Positions 26,601-39,959 of a stretch of 64,000 nt of DNA are shown here, piece by piece (the stretch's first letter is position 1; each line of letters begins with the position of its first letter). The translations under genes and the position numbers were made by a program. The stretch comes from Malacoraja senta (taxonomy: Eukaryota). The stretch is from NCBI GenBank assembly GCA_038087875.1, contig CM075997.1, forward strand, positions 1,986,001-2,050,000. Direction: 5' to 3'. The notes under the pieces are model-generated. The model was not told the DNA's origin. It made no database searches and saw only the letters and a program-made list of their open reading frames with translations.

Positions 26601-26952
26601 ATGTTGAAAAGTGGCCCTTTTTGATTTTTGCCCTGGATTTGTCTGCCTGCCACTTTTACTTTTCACCTTGCTACCTATTGCTTCCGCCCGCATTTTACAC
26701 CCCTCTGTTTCTCTGCTCACCCATTTAAGAACCCCACCACCTCTTATTCTCTGTTTATTATTGTTTTCTTCTTTCCCCCCTACATGTTGGGTCTGAGTGC
26801 TTTCCTTCTCTGCCTCCTGCCTCACACACTGTCTAATAGCATTCTCTGAGTCCCTCCACCCAACCATTCTAGTTTAAAGTCTCCCCAGTAGCCTTTGCAG
26901 ATCTCCCCGCCAGGATATCGGTCCCCCTCAAGTGCAACCCATCCTTTTTGTA
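23670..26952 (-). mobile_element. CR1 LINE with near-complete ORF2 (APE endonuclease + RT) and ORF1 esterase C-terminus
   Basis: NARS, GITETW, GDFN, SDHN endonuclease motifs and RT motifs. An 11-bp deletion (~25260) and a stop (24563) break ORF2. Upstream YKKDGLHL...TLN* is an ORF1 remnant. (ATCTATGT)n tail. Confidence 0.95.
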
Positions 26953-29540
26953 TGAATGAGATGGTACCAGACCCTGCCTCAGCAAGCACCAGATCTGTCT
27001 AAAGACGGGGTAAACCTCACGTAGGAGTGTTTCTACTGTCATGGTTCATTCATTGATCTAGGAAATTGTCATTTTACTTGCATTTCCCATACTTAATTAA
27101 ATACTGACTTGAATGAACAAAGCACATGAGTATGATATTTTAATCTATGCTGGTTCATTTGTGTCCTTTGTTTCAAAGTGGTATAGCTTATAGTATAATT
27201 AAAATGGCATGAAATTTAATACATTGAGATTGTCAAAAGGTGACTGTTGAATATAATAACTTGTATATCCTACAAGAAAAGATCTGAAAATTGATAGAAA
27301 ACACAAAATACTCTATATTGACCAAGTAGGGCAGCAGTTGTGGAGAGAGAGTTAGCATTTTCAACCAGTCATTGACAATTAAACTGAAATATTCAATTAC
27401 CTGCCCAGATGTTGCCTAACAGCTGACTGTTTCCATTATTTTCAATTTATTTCACTTTTCTGGTGTATGCATGGTGTTTTACTATGTGTACAAGCTGTTC
27501 TCTGACATTCTGCTATTCAGACTTCTTTTCCTGCATTTGATTGTCCAATAATATACAGTGGTGTCTTTCTGTGCTATCTCTGACAACAGTTTGCTGAAAA
27601 TAAATGCCTTATTCTAATAGGAATTGATAAGTGATCATGATAATTGAATGTACCAGCAATGTCTTTTTTGCTTGTTGCTGGATGCTTTGTAAATCAGAAG
27701 GTAATCAGAAAAAGTAAAAGTATGTTATCTCAAATCAGAAAATCGGCAGTGTTGATAGTGAAGAGGATAGTCCCAGGTTAGAGAATTATATTGATCAATT
27801 GATAAGACGGGCAGAGCATTGGCAGATGCAGTTTAATCCAGCTAAGAGCAAGATGGTGCACTTAAGGTAAACTTAAAGTAGGACAGGCTCATTGAAAGAT
27901 GGAGTCCTCGGAGGTATTGAGAAACAGAGGGAACGTTCGAGGTATGTCCAACGATCCCTGAGATAGCAGCATGGATAGATAAAGTGGTGAAGAAGGCATG
28001 CTAAATTACCTCCTCCTAATATTCTCCTTCATTAATCTGGATCATGGCTGGTTGGTTAATGTTTGAAATCATATTTTAATGCGTTCTAATACTAAATTAT
28101 ATTGTTTCTCTATGTTCCTTTTGAAGGAACACACTTGCAATCGCTTGAGTACAGTTCCATCTGGCTTAGTTCAGTTGCCCTGCTTTTTTGGCTCCATAGA
28201 GGTGGTAGGTTCAAAAGCCCTCTGTAAGATTCAACAGCATAATCTTGGTAATTGTAGAGATGTTCTCCAGGTACCCTGGCTAACATTTGTCTATATAATA
28301 ATGTGACCACATCAAAGTGAAAAACTTAGAACAATATTAATTATAGAAATATACTTGCAGGAAATGCATTGTATCCAGCTCCACATCAGCCAAATAATCT
28401 CACTTTCCAAAAGGACATAATGTAATGGAGTAACTCAGCAGGTCAGGCAGCATCTCTGGAGAACATTGATAGGTGATGCTTTGGTTCGGGACCCTTCATC
28501 AGATTTAAGCAGAGGAGGTTCTCCTCAAGGCATGCCTACTTTGAAGAGATTCTCTTGCTTTGTCCAACGAGTTCTGTGAGACTCTCTCTCACTCAGTGAT
28601 TTCTGTTGCTCTCCTAATCGACACGAGTCTGAAGAAGAGTTCCAACCTGATACGTCGCCTATCCATGCCCTCCAGAGATGCTGCCAGACCTGCTGAGTTG
28701 CTTCAGCATTTTGTGTCCTTTCATGTAAACAAGCATCTGCAGTTCCGAGCTTCTACAATCTCACCTTCCAGTTCTTGATCTGTAGCCTTGTACGCCCATC
28801 CAAGTGTATGTGTATAAAGGGTTTCTGCCTCTGCTACCATTGAGTCAGAGAATCCATAACACTACAGCTGTGAGTCAAAAACAATTTCCACAACCTCCAT
28901 TAGTTTAAATTCTACTTTTTTAAAAAATGTTTCTTCTAAATAGTCATTCTTCATTTGTGAGCTAAGATGGTGCATGTTCAAATCTATTACAAGGCGAAGG
29001 ATGTTCTGCTTAAATCCTGTTCCAATTTTTCCACCATATTATATTTATAATTGAGAAGCATTGATCTTTTCAAGACACTGCACTCCCACCAATACAATAG
29101 TAGCAATACTTCAAGAGAAAAGAACATTTATTTTTCTATATAAAATTCCTTGGGTCCTGAAGTCATATAAAGGGGCAGATAATTAAAAGTCATCATACAT
29201 ATAGTCATCCAACTTAGAAGTTCTGGTCCATGGTATCATATTCTGCCATGCTTTGCCCACGTCAATTGGGTCTTGAAGGCAGCTTATGCAATTTTCTTTT
29301 AAAATTTAGTTTTAAATACCTACCAATCTATTTTTGAAGAATTTTTATTATTGGACTAATTACAGCCAATTGTTATTGTATGTGCCAGTGACTTTGTAAT
29401 AGTTACTGTACTCTAGGTACACATATAACATTGTTGCTGTGTTATTTTTTGTTTAGTGGGTTTTGTTATTTATTACTTTAAAATTAAATATTTGAAATTG
29501 AATTTTTAACAAGTTCTATTTCTTAAATAAAACCTTTCAG

Positions 29541-30656
29541 CAGAAAAGGAAAGCTGTTGCTCGATCAAATGGAAATAAACGGCAAAAAAAGAGGTTGGAA
29601 GCTCAAACCAATGAAGAAGAACCGCTGCAGCAAGAGCAAACTGTTCCAGTCCAGTCTCCTGCATTGACTGATTCAAAAGCACTTACAGTCCTAACCATGT
29701 CATCAGAATCGACTTGTTTAACTGAGGTAACTGCATCTGCATCAATAATTGAGTTTGATAAGGTTGTCATGTCCTCTGTGGATCCTTGTGACAAATGTAT
29801 ATCTGAAACTATTACACCATCTACCACAGCTTTATCAAATGAGGTAGTGAATTCCTTTAATCCACTTCAGATGAATAAAGATGGACCATCTCATACTTTA
29901 CTAGAAGAGCAGTCAGTGTTACCATTTGAAAATGTTGCAGCAATTGAAACTGTGCAACTTGCATCAACGTTAGCATCAATTGAAACCGAAGGAATTACTG
30001 CAATAATGCCATCTGTTAAAACTTTACAGTTTATGCCGATGCAAACATGTGATGAATCAGAATCTGAGTTTACATCAATAGAAATTATATTACCGGAACA
30101 AAACCAACAAAATGTTGAGACATTGTCCGCCATCCAGCAAAACCCTCCAACACCAGAACTCTCAACCATTGTAACATCTGCTTTTAAGAATGTTACTGCT
30201 TTAGCTGTAGATTCAACTTCACAAGTGTTATCACCCACTAACCTGTCTTCTCAGACATCTCAATCACTGACTGCTGCAGCTGAGCCATTGAAAGCTGTCT
30301 CTACTTTTAAAACAGCTGTAACGTTGCCCTCTACACTCATTATGCCAATTATCTCAACTCCACCAGTTGACCAGAGGCACACAGCTACCCCTCCTGTACC
30401 AGTTATTGCAGCGGCAGAAACGGTCATGGCCACACAAAGTGATACGCAGGAAGTACAAGATGAACATTCGTATCACAAAAACGATCTCACCATTGAACAA
30501 CTTGAAGAGATTGTTGCTACCCTGCAGAAAAAAGTAAAAGTTATACAGCAGCGAGAGAGGAGGAATTCAGCCCGGCTGAAAGCCATGGAAAATCTTGTGG
30601 ACCAACTGAAAAAGGAGAATGTTATTTCAGAGGAGAAGTTAAAAATAATGGAGATG
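29541..30656 (+). CDS. THAP8: THAP gene exon 3 (basic patch, S/T-rich region, HCF-1-binding EHSY motif, coiled coil)
   Basis: 1116-bp open phase-0 exon, TTTCAG|CAG...ATG|GTAGGT. EHSY at 30462-30473 is followed by the heptad LEEIVATLQKKVKVIQQRERR. Confidence 0.88.
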
Positions 30657-33600
30657 GTAGGTGGAATTAAATTTAGGCTTATTGAGAGTCCTAAGTAACA
30701 GCATGCAGTGCCATCATGGTTGATAAAAGTTGCGAAATCAAGTACGTAGTAGTGATAAAAGACTAGTTCACTATCTGTTCTCCTGGCTAGCCCGAAGAAG
30801 AGGCTGATGAAGGGTCCCAACGCAAATGTTGCCTGTCCATTCTTTCCACAGGTACTGCCTGACGCACTGAGTTTCTCCGGCACTTTGTGTTTTGCTCAAG
30901 ATTCTAGCATCTGCAATCTCATCTGTCTCCTGGCTAGCATCTTATTTTTAACCCTTCATAAACGTTTGGTGTGTTTAGAAACTTGTTTAGAAACTTGGTT
31001 GTAACTTACATAAGAACAGTTCAATACAGTTCAAATGTATAAACTAACAAACATTTGTTCTGAAAAATGTAACTTTTAAAACACGATTTTCTTGCCAGTT
31101 ATGAGTTTTTGTAAAGGGACTCAAACAGCTCTTCCATATCCATCTTGCACTTGCTGTCTTATAGCACTTGTTCCATTCCCACATTCGGGGACCCAAACAG
31201 TCTTTCCAGGTGAAGCACTGAATCAATTGCAGTTCTTCCAATGTAAAGCACTACATTCAGTGTTCACAAGGTAGCTTCCTCAACATCAGATAAACCAAAC
31301 ACAGATTGTGAGCACCCAAGTTCACCCTACAGTAATCAACCTGAACTTCTGCTGTAATTCATCACACCATTCCCAAATTGATCTTTCCGTCTGTCACCTC
31401 TTGCAATGTTACAAAGACTTCCCTGAGGAACAACACCTCCATCTTCCATCTTGGCATGCCACAACCTCCTAAACTCAATATCAAATTCTCCAACGTTTGG
31501 TAACACACATATTCTTTCAGTTTGTATCAGAATTGGCCATATCTGCCGTTTATCATTTTGACTGTGTTTTTATTTTTAAAGTCTGATCTGCTGGGCATGC
31601 CAACAACCTTGGTATTAGTAACATATTGCACAGTCATAGAAGCATCATTATCTCATCCTAATTGCTGCTCCTACTGCAACATTAACTCATTGTGTTTCAC
31701 CCTATGAGAGATATTTCCTTTGTCTACTTATTCTTCCCCTACTTTCTCTACTACTGTAAAGCAACTTGTTTTCTCTCTTACCCAGCTCTGTTGAAAGGTC
31801 CTAACATGATAAATTAACTTGCTCTTTCCACAGGGGCTGATTGACCCTCCGAGAGCCTCCAAATTTGTTTAAATTTGGCTTCCCATGATTAACCTCAGCT
31901 GCCAGACCCTAAATTTAATAATACCTACAATAAATCTTTGTCTTTTCATTTCCTTAAAATTTACCTCCATGACCATGTTGCTTTCTCAAGCTTATACCCA
32001 GTAACACTGTTTGGGATATTGTACTACATTTAAATGCTAGTTTATATTTGTCTTCATTCCAAGAGAGAATCTTAAGTTTAACAAAAGAAAACAAATCTGA
32101 AAACTGCACTAAAGCACAGGATAATGATTGTTTCGACTTTAATATTTTGTTTTAATTTAATTCTATTGAATGCAATTTAAATGGTTCTCACTAACTTCCT
32201 ATATTAGATTGCCTTATTTCACTTGCAGTTAATGGAAGCACATTTGATGGGGAGTGCTGAGTGGTGATGCTTCATATTTTGAAACTAAACATTTGAGCTG
32301 GAGTTTGTATCAAAGTTGTGCCCGTTTAAGATTTGATGGTACAATCTCAGTCAGGACATTTCCTGCTTATTATATAGACATCAATGTAATTTTTAAAGTT
32401 TTGGTTTTATCATTTGCTACGTTGGCTAGTAGAGAGTTGTTTGCATATTCAAATTCCAATGCATTTTTGAAACTATTAATTGCTGTCAGAGCGGGAGAGT
32501 AATTGAGGTGAGGGTTTGAGGAAATCGTATTCCTGATAGCAAGAACTGCACAAAATTTGAGCAATATCATACTTATTTGGGATCTATACACAGTAGTTGT
32601 TCAAAGCCTTGATGTAGCTTGAGTGTACCTTGATGCCTGACCATGTTTACCTTGAGGACTTAATGTAGGGTTATGGTAGGTGTGAGTTTCTTCATGTATA
32701 TTTTTTGCGGTATGTATATTGACTAGGATTCATTTCACATATAACTATAATTTTTTTAATGGATTTTATAGCTGTCTTTTTTGCTCCCAGATTTTCTTTA
32801 CCATGCCATTGCATTCTTATTGTGTATAAAATGTGAATGTTAACTGTTAGATGACAAAATGCTTACCATGAACATTCGCATGCATCATAAAGAAGGAAAT
32901 AGAAATTGAGAGTGGAATTCAAGAGTTTAGCACCTGCACATCATCAACATTGGAGCAATTGAATTCAGGGATGATAAAATAAAGAAAACAGACACAAAAT
33001 GCTGGAGTAACTCAGCAGGACAGGCAGCATCTCTGGAGAGACAGAATGGGTGACGTTTCGGGTCGAGACCCTTACATCACTGTTGATCCTCGTAATATTC
33101 CTGCTCTATTCAGTGATAACATATTTTTGATTATCTTTGTAAAATCAGCCCTGAGCATCTCTTGCATAAACAGTTAAAATTTCTCCACTTGCTCTCAATT
33201 TAGGTGGTCCATTGCTATTATCTGTTTAAGTATCCTTCATTCTGTCCTCTACCAAAAATCTTGGACTGAGCAAACCACAAAGTCACGAAAATGTCTCCAA
33301 AGATCCAAGAATTAAATTAGAGGAGAGTTATATGAATGAAAAGTAGTATCCTCTGGATTATAGATTTGTAAATAAAGTTCTGTTTTTTAAAATTAGTGGA
33401 TTAAAGAGGGCAAATTGTTTTCCCACTGGTCAAACAAAAAATAGAACACACATGGGAACTTCCTCACACAGTGATGAATACTAACTCACTGAATAATTTT
33501 GAATCCGAGGCTGATAATGTTTTCCAATGAATATGAGAGATGATAAAACAAGGGGAGTATATGATATGATAATATGAGAGGAGATGATAAAACAAGGGGA

Positions 33601-34928
33601 GTACACCTTGTTTACTAAACTCACGATATCATTGTTCAGTAGAAGAGGGTTGATGAGCTGAACTCATAATCCTATGTTCTAGTGCCTTGGTAGCTTTCTC
33701 ATAACACGTTCAGATTTGTACACGCTGTTACAGTTACAGACTTACGAAATTTAGAATCAATTTGTTTTCTTTCTCTGCAGTACTGTATGCTGAGGCTACT
33801 GTATCCACCCATGTTTACAAATCATCTTTTATGTTCTGCAGAAAATAGTCATGTTAAGCATTATTCCAAATGTTTTAAGCTTTTACACTTTTCTACATGA
33901 AAACGTTTGCCACTCTTCAGTCGAATTCTTTAATCCAATAAAACAATCCACGTTTAATTGGCTAGTTCTGTTGCTACCAGGTTTCACTCCCCTTTTCCAA
34001 ATCAATTGTGTATGCAGTGAACAGGTATAGCTTCAACACTCATCCTGAAAAAGCTGCTGATCACTTCTTTCCAAGACGTACTGCACCCATGATTGAAGTC
34101 CTTTCCACTGAAAAACAACTTTGGTTGCAGTCACGGTGATCATTCTCCAGATGCTGCATTGCAGGGAGAATCAAGACTTTAAAATTTTATATGGAGCATT
34201 TTGTCCTTAAGATATTGCATAACAGGGATTTTTTTTTAATCCAAAACTTGTATTTGAGAGCTGGGCCTCTGAAGAATGACATCCAATCTTGAAATAACAG
34301 TTTTGTTCTTTGAAATAGAACTGTTTCAGGATTATCTCACAAATTAATATGGGGTGCCAAGAGTGGACAATCTACAAGGGATTGCAGGGATTTAAATTTA
34401 CTTTTTAAAAAGCGAATAATTTTTATGTCTAATATAAGAGACAGATCATTAACCATACACGTTAACTAATGAGAAAGGTGAAAACATGATTCCAGCTTTG
34501 GATTAATTTTGTGAAGTTAATATACCTTCATTTTGACTTTTAATACCTGTACACATTGAAAGGATCTTTCTTCATTCTCTGCCTTAGGAAGCAGGGCTGA
34601 GAATGTATGTGTTTGGTTAGTTTCTGTCTAGATTTTTAGTGCATCAAGCTATCATGAGATCATTTTTAAAGTGCTAGCTTTGTTAACCTGCAGTACTATG
34701 CCAGAATAATAAAATACATATTTTAGTTTGTGTACCATGACAGTGTAACTTTATGAATTTTATTACACTCCTGGACATTTGTGGGAGGATCTCGCAAGGT
34801 TAAACTTTTAAATTTGAAAAAAAAGTACAAATTTTAAAAGCTGTACTTCACAAAACAGCACTGTCATAATGACGTTAAGAAGTTGTGTTTTTTTATGCCT
34901 AATCATTGTTTGTTGTTGCAATTTGCAG

Positions 34929-35057
34929 ACTTGCTCACAGACAAATGCTCAGGTTATTAATCCCTCCAATACGGTCATGGTTATTTGTGAAGACAATGGC
35001 AATCTGATTTATACACTTCAGGAGTCACCAATTGAAGATGATGACGATGTTCTTTGA
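34929..35057 (+). CDS. THAP8: THAP gene terminal exon 4
   Basis: TTTGCAG|ACT TGC...TGA in frame; TCSQTNAQVINPSNTVMVICEDNGNLIYTLQESPIEDDDDVL*. Total CDS 1521 bp. Confidence 0.7.
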   Translation, partial: TCSQTNAQVINPSNTVMVICEDNGNLIYTLQESPIEDDDDVL

Positions 35058-36756
35058 AGAAGGTTTACAGCTTCAAGAATACCTGCTTACTAATCACTGC
35101 AACAGTTGTTGCATGTTTGTTTGTTCGTTCATTTATGAAAATGCCTGTTTTTTTTAAATGAAAAGATTAAATTATTTTTTTATTTCTACCATTTCTCTGT
35201 TATTAGTTTTTCTTAATTTAGCTGCAGTAATGGTTTGACGATGATCTTGACTAGATGTAGAGCGATGTGCTTTAATGTTCATCAAGTTAAGAAATCTTTG
35301 GGAGCTACAATTTACGTGCCATTTTGTGATCAATATACTAACAACAGTTCGGAGGGCTACACTTCTTCAAACATCTAACCTTGAAAACTTAGCACACAAT
35401 ATGAAAAGCAACCTATTCAGCTGAATTGCTTGTTCCTACCATTTTAAAATTCTGCTTGCTTTATTTTTCTTTGTGAGTTTTTATCCCTTGTCCTTCATCA
35501 AAGATCAGAATTTCTTCCTGGTGCTTGCTCAAGCAGACATTCAAAGAGTCATAGCCATACAGCACGGTAATAAGCCCTTCGACCAAACTCACCCATGGTA
35601 ATCAAGTTGCCCTATATAAGCCAGTCCCATTTGCCCATGTTTGGCCCATATCCCTCTAAAGCATTTCTACCCATGTACCTGTACAAGTGCTTTTTAAATG
35701 CAAGCCTTAATGATAAATATTTTTGATCCTGGTGGTTACAAATAATTATCTTCACTAGGAGATAACTTCCCAGCCCAGGTTTGTAGGTTAATTGGTTTCT
35801 GTAAATTGTCCCTGGTGTGTAGGATAGTGTTAGTGTACGGGATGATCGCTGGTCAGTGCAGATTTGGTGAGTGAAGGGCCTTTTTCTGCGCTGTATCTCT
35901 AAAGTTTGAAGTAGATAGTATAACTGCCCCAAGAAAGATTAATGTGTTCTTGGATAGAGGTAAGACCAAGAAACTTATGAAAGAAGAACAATGCTCTTTT
36001 TCCTGTTACTGTCAGCTATGCCTCAGTGGTCGTATTGTAACCTGGCCAGAAGGTAGTGGATTCAGCTTCCATGCTATAAACTTGAGTATATAATCGATGT
36101 TGACATTCCAGTACTGTACTGTGAGATACAGACTCTGGATATACTATTAGAGCTGGCTTCACAGATGCTTGTAAAACATTGCATGGTACTTTCTAAAGTA
36201 GAGCTAAGAATCTTTCTGTGGTAGCCTAAATAATTTTTAACTGAAATGACTATCGTGTTGTTTACGGGAAAGTGTGTGAAAATTAACGTGATTCTGGATT
36301 ACACAAATTATTTTTTTAAACTTCTAGATTGATTATAAAATGCCAAAGGACATTCTCATTTTGAGACATTTACGGCTTTGCTTACTCCAACAGACTGTCA
36401 AGATTTTGTATCTAATTCATGAGAGGAGAGTAAAACATGCATGTCAAGCAGGTTGCTACAGTAATTCATAGGGTGGAGATGGAGAGAATGGTATTCACTG
36501 ACTACTGCTGGAAAGTCAGGAAGAAGCTTGACTATAGAGCTCCACCATGGATTACAGTTCATGTTATTACAGTATCAGGAATAGTAAGAGAGGAGGTAAT
36601 CAAGAATATTAAATAAATTATAAGAGGCCAAAAAGTAACTCTGGGTCAGGCAGCATCTCTGAAGAACATGGATAGGTGACGTTTCAAGTCGGGATCCTTC
36701 TTCAGACAGATTTGGGGGGGGGGGGGAGGGAAGAAAGCCAGGAGAGGGGAGAGGAA

Positions 36757-37999
36757 CAGAAAAATATGTGCAGGAGTAGGCCATTCGGCCCTTTGAGCCA
36801 GCACTACCAATCAATATGATCATGGCTGATCATCTAAAATCGGTACCCCCATTCCTGCTTTTTCCCCTATATCCCTTGATTCCTTTAGCCCAAAGAGCTA
36901 AATCTAACTCCCTCTTGAAAGCATCCTGTGAATTGGCCTCCGCTGCTTCTGTGGCAGAGAATTCCACAGATTCACAACTCTCTGGGTGAAGAAGTCTTTC
37001 CTCACCTCAGTCCTAAATGGCCTACCCCCCCCCCCCCCCCCCCCCCCCCCCCTTATTCTAAACCGTGACCCCTGGTTCTGGACTCCCCCAACATCGGGAA
37101 CATTTTTCCTGCATCTAGCCTGTCCAATCCTTTAAGAATTATATATGTTTCCATAAGATCCACTCTCACCCTTCTAAATTCCAGTGAATACAAGCCCAGT
37201 CAACCCATTATTTCCATGATATGTCAGTCCGGCCATCCTGGGAATTAACCTGGTGAACCTACGCTGCACTCCCTCAATAGCAATAATGTCCTTCCTCAAA
37301 TTAGGAGACCAAAATTGCACACAGTACTTCAGGTGCGGTCTCACCAGGGCCCTGTGCAACTGCAGTAGGACCTCCTTGCTCCTAAACTCAAATCCTCTTG
37401 CAATGAAGGCCAAAACATGCCATTAGCTTTCTTCACTGCTGTACCTGCATGCATACTTTCAGTGACTAATGTACAAGCACACCCATTTCTCATTGCACCT
37501 CCCCTTTTCCTAATCTGACACCATTCCAATAATAATCTGCCTTCCACACATTTATTCACATTATACTGCATCTGCCATGCATCTGCCCACTCGCCCAACC
37601 TATCCAAGTCACCCTGCAGGCTCGTAGCATCCTCATTACAGCTCACACTGCCATCCAGCTTTGTGTCATCCGCAAAATTGGAGATATCACATTTAATTCC
37701 CTCATCTAAATCGTTAATATATATTATAAATATCTGGGGTCTCAGCACCGAGCCTTGCGGCACCTCACCAGTCACTGCTGCCATTCTGAAAAGGACCCGT
37801 TAATTCCTACTCTTTACCTCCTGTCTGCCAACCAGTTCTCTATCCATGTCAATACCCCTACCCCCAATACCATGTGCTCTAATTTTGCACACTAATCTCT
37901 TGTGTGGGACCTTGTCAAAGTCCAAATACACCACATCCACTGGCTCTCCCTTATCCATTCTACTTGTTACATCCTCATAAATCCATGCTGACTTTGACC
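36757..37999 (-). mobile_element. Degenerate CR1 LINE, truncated at the assembly gap
   Basis: ORFs 37174-37413 and 37341-37784 with VPQGSVL, FADD and LVRPHL motifs. Confidence 0.9.
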
Positions 38000-38199
38000 N
38001 NNNNNNNNNNNNNNNNNNNNNNNNNNNNNNNNNNNNNNNNNNNNNNNNNNNNNNNNNNNNNNNNNNNNNNNNNNNNNNNNNNNNNNNNNNNNNNNNNNNN
38101 NNNNNNNNNNNNNNNNNNNNNNNNNNNNNNNNNNNNNNNNNNNNNNNNNNNNNNNNNNNNNNNNNNNNNNNNNNNNNNNNNNNNNNNNNNNNNNNNNNN
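38000..38199. other. Assembly gap (200 N)
   Basis: Run of N. Confidence 1.
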
Positions 38200-39959
38200 G
38201 ACCCAAAGTGTCATCTGTTCGTTTCGATACACAGATACTGCCCAACTTGCTGAGTCCTTGCAGCAGTTTCTTTGCTTTGTATTTTATGTTCATTCCCAAC
38301 CTTTCTGTTGATGACAGAAGGTAGACAAAAATGCTGGAGAAACTCAGTGGGTGAGGCAGGAAGGAAATAGGCAACCCACGAAGGAAATAGGCAACCCACA
38401 AAGGAAATAGGCAACGTTTCGGGTCTAAACCCAAAGGCTCCATAGATGCTGCCTCACTCGCTGAATTTCTCCAGCATTTTTGTCTACCTTAGATTTTCCA
38501 GCATCTGCAGTTCCTTCTTAAACTTTCTGTTGATGACTACTGCTTTCCTTCCTGCATATTAGCTGTCAACATTGACAAATTCTTGAATGGCTGGACAAAG
38601 TGACTTTTTTGCTCAGCTATTTTTACTGGGTTGCATACTTGTCTGAAGAAGGGTCTCGACCCAAAACGTCACTCATTCCTTCTCTCCAGAGATGCTGCCT
38701 GTCCCGCTGAGTTACTCCAGCTTTTTGTGTCTATCTTTGATAAAACAATGTTTGGTTAAGTTCCCGTATTTGATAGCTGCTTATTCACTTTGGAATTGCT
38801 AAATGTGAATATATTCAATTTAAAAATGGAAAGGGGGAGCAGTGAGGGTAATGTAAAGAAATACGGATATGGTGACTGCAGGGAGCTGGAGTCAGGATGG
38901 CCACCTCCAAGGGAATTAAAGATGTATAATTTTTTGACCACCAAAGCATAGTGACTCATTAAAAAAAAAACTACTCTGCTGCAACCTGAATGGTGAAGAA
39001 CGAAACAATATTCGATTTTGCAATTCAGATATATTTAATATCTATTAAAGGATATTGATTTTCATTGAAACAAAATTTGTATTCATTTTAGTATTCTGGA
39101 ATTTTAACATCTAGAGATTAGAGATTCAGAGATTCCTTTATTTGTCATTCAGACCTTTCGCATTGTGCAATTCCAGTTAACCTTTATTGCCAAAATGACA
39201 TAAACATACTTTTTCGGTGAGATGGGATTTTGGATTGATGCTGGTTATCTGGGGAATTATACGATGGTGATCTTTTGTGGCCAGATTACAGCAGTAGTTT
39301 CTAGTGTTTCAAAAGTGAAGTGCAACTGAAATGCAAAACAAACTGCATTTGCAGGAAATCTGAAAGAAAGATAAAAACTGCTGGGAATCCATCATTGACA
39401 CTTTTCTGGAATAGCTGTAATTTCAATAGTGTTATAGTGAGCAAAGTACATTTAATCATAATTGTCTTTTCTGCACTACAAAATATGATTATAATGTAGA
39501 AACAATGAGCTGCAGATGCTGGTTAATAAACAAAAGGACACAACGTGCTGGAGTAACATCGTCTCTGGAGAACAAGGATAGGTAACATTTCGAGTCGGGG
39601 GGGGACTGAAGGAGGATCGGAAGCGCCATCTATCCTTGTTCTCCAGAGATGATGTCTGATCTCCTGAGTTACTCCAGCACTTTGTGTCCAAATAGGATTA
39701 CAAATTTACCACAACTACAGGCTTGTGGTTTTAGCCTATTTTTGATTATCATAGAAACAACTTTTGAATTTTAAGTGAACACCATAACCTCGTTTAGACA
39801 ATAAATTACATACATTTCACCTTCGGAAAAATTAAACTTAAAAAAAAACGTTGGCTATGTTGTTCTCAGTAAGCCTCGTGATCAAGTGCGATGGCGAATG
39901 ACAAGACTGCGAAAGCCTGAAAGCGATGATTTAATTCTTAATATCTCCCGTTTCTATCA

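Noticed and set aside
37904..38443. ORFs spanning the N run
   Set aside because: Artefact of the assembly gap.
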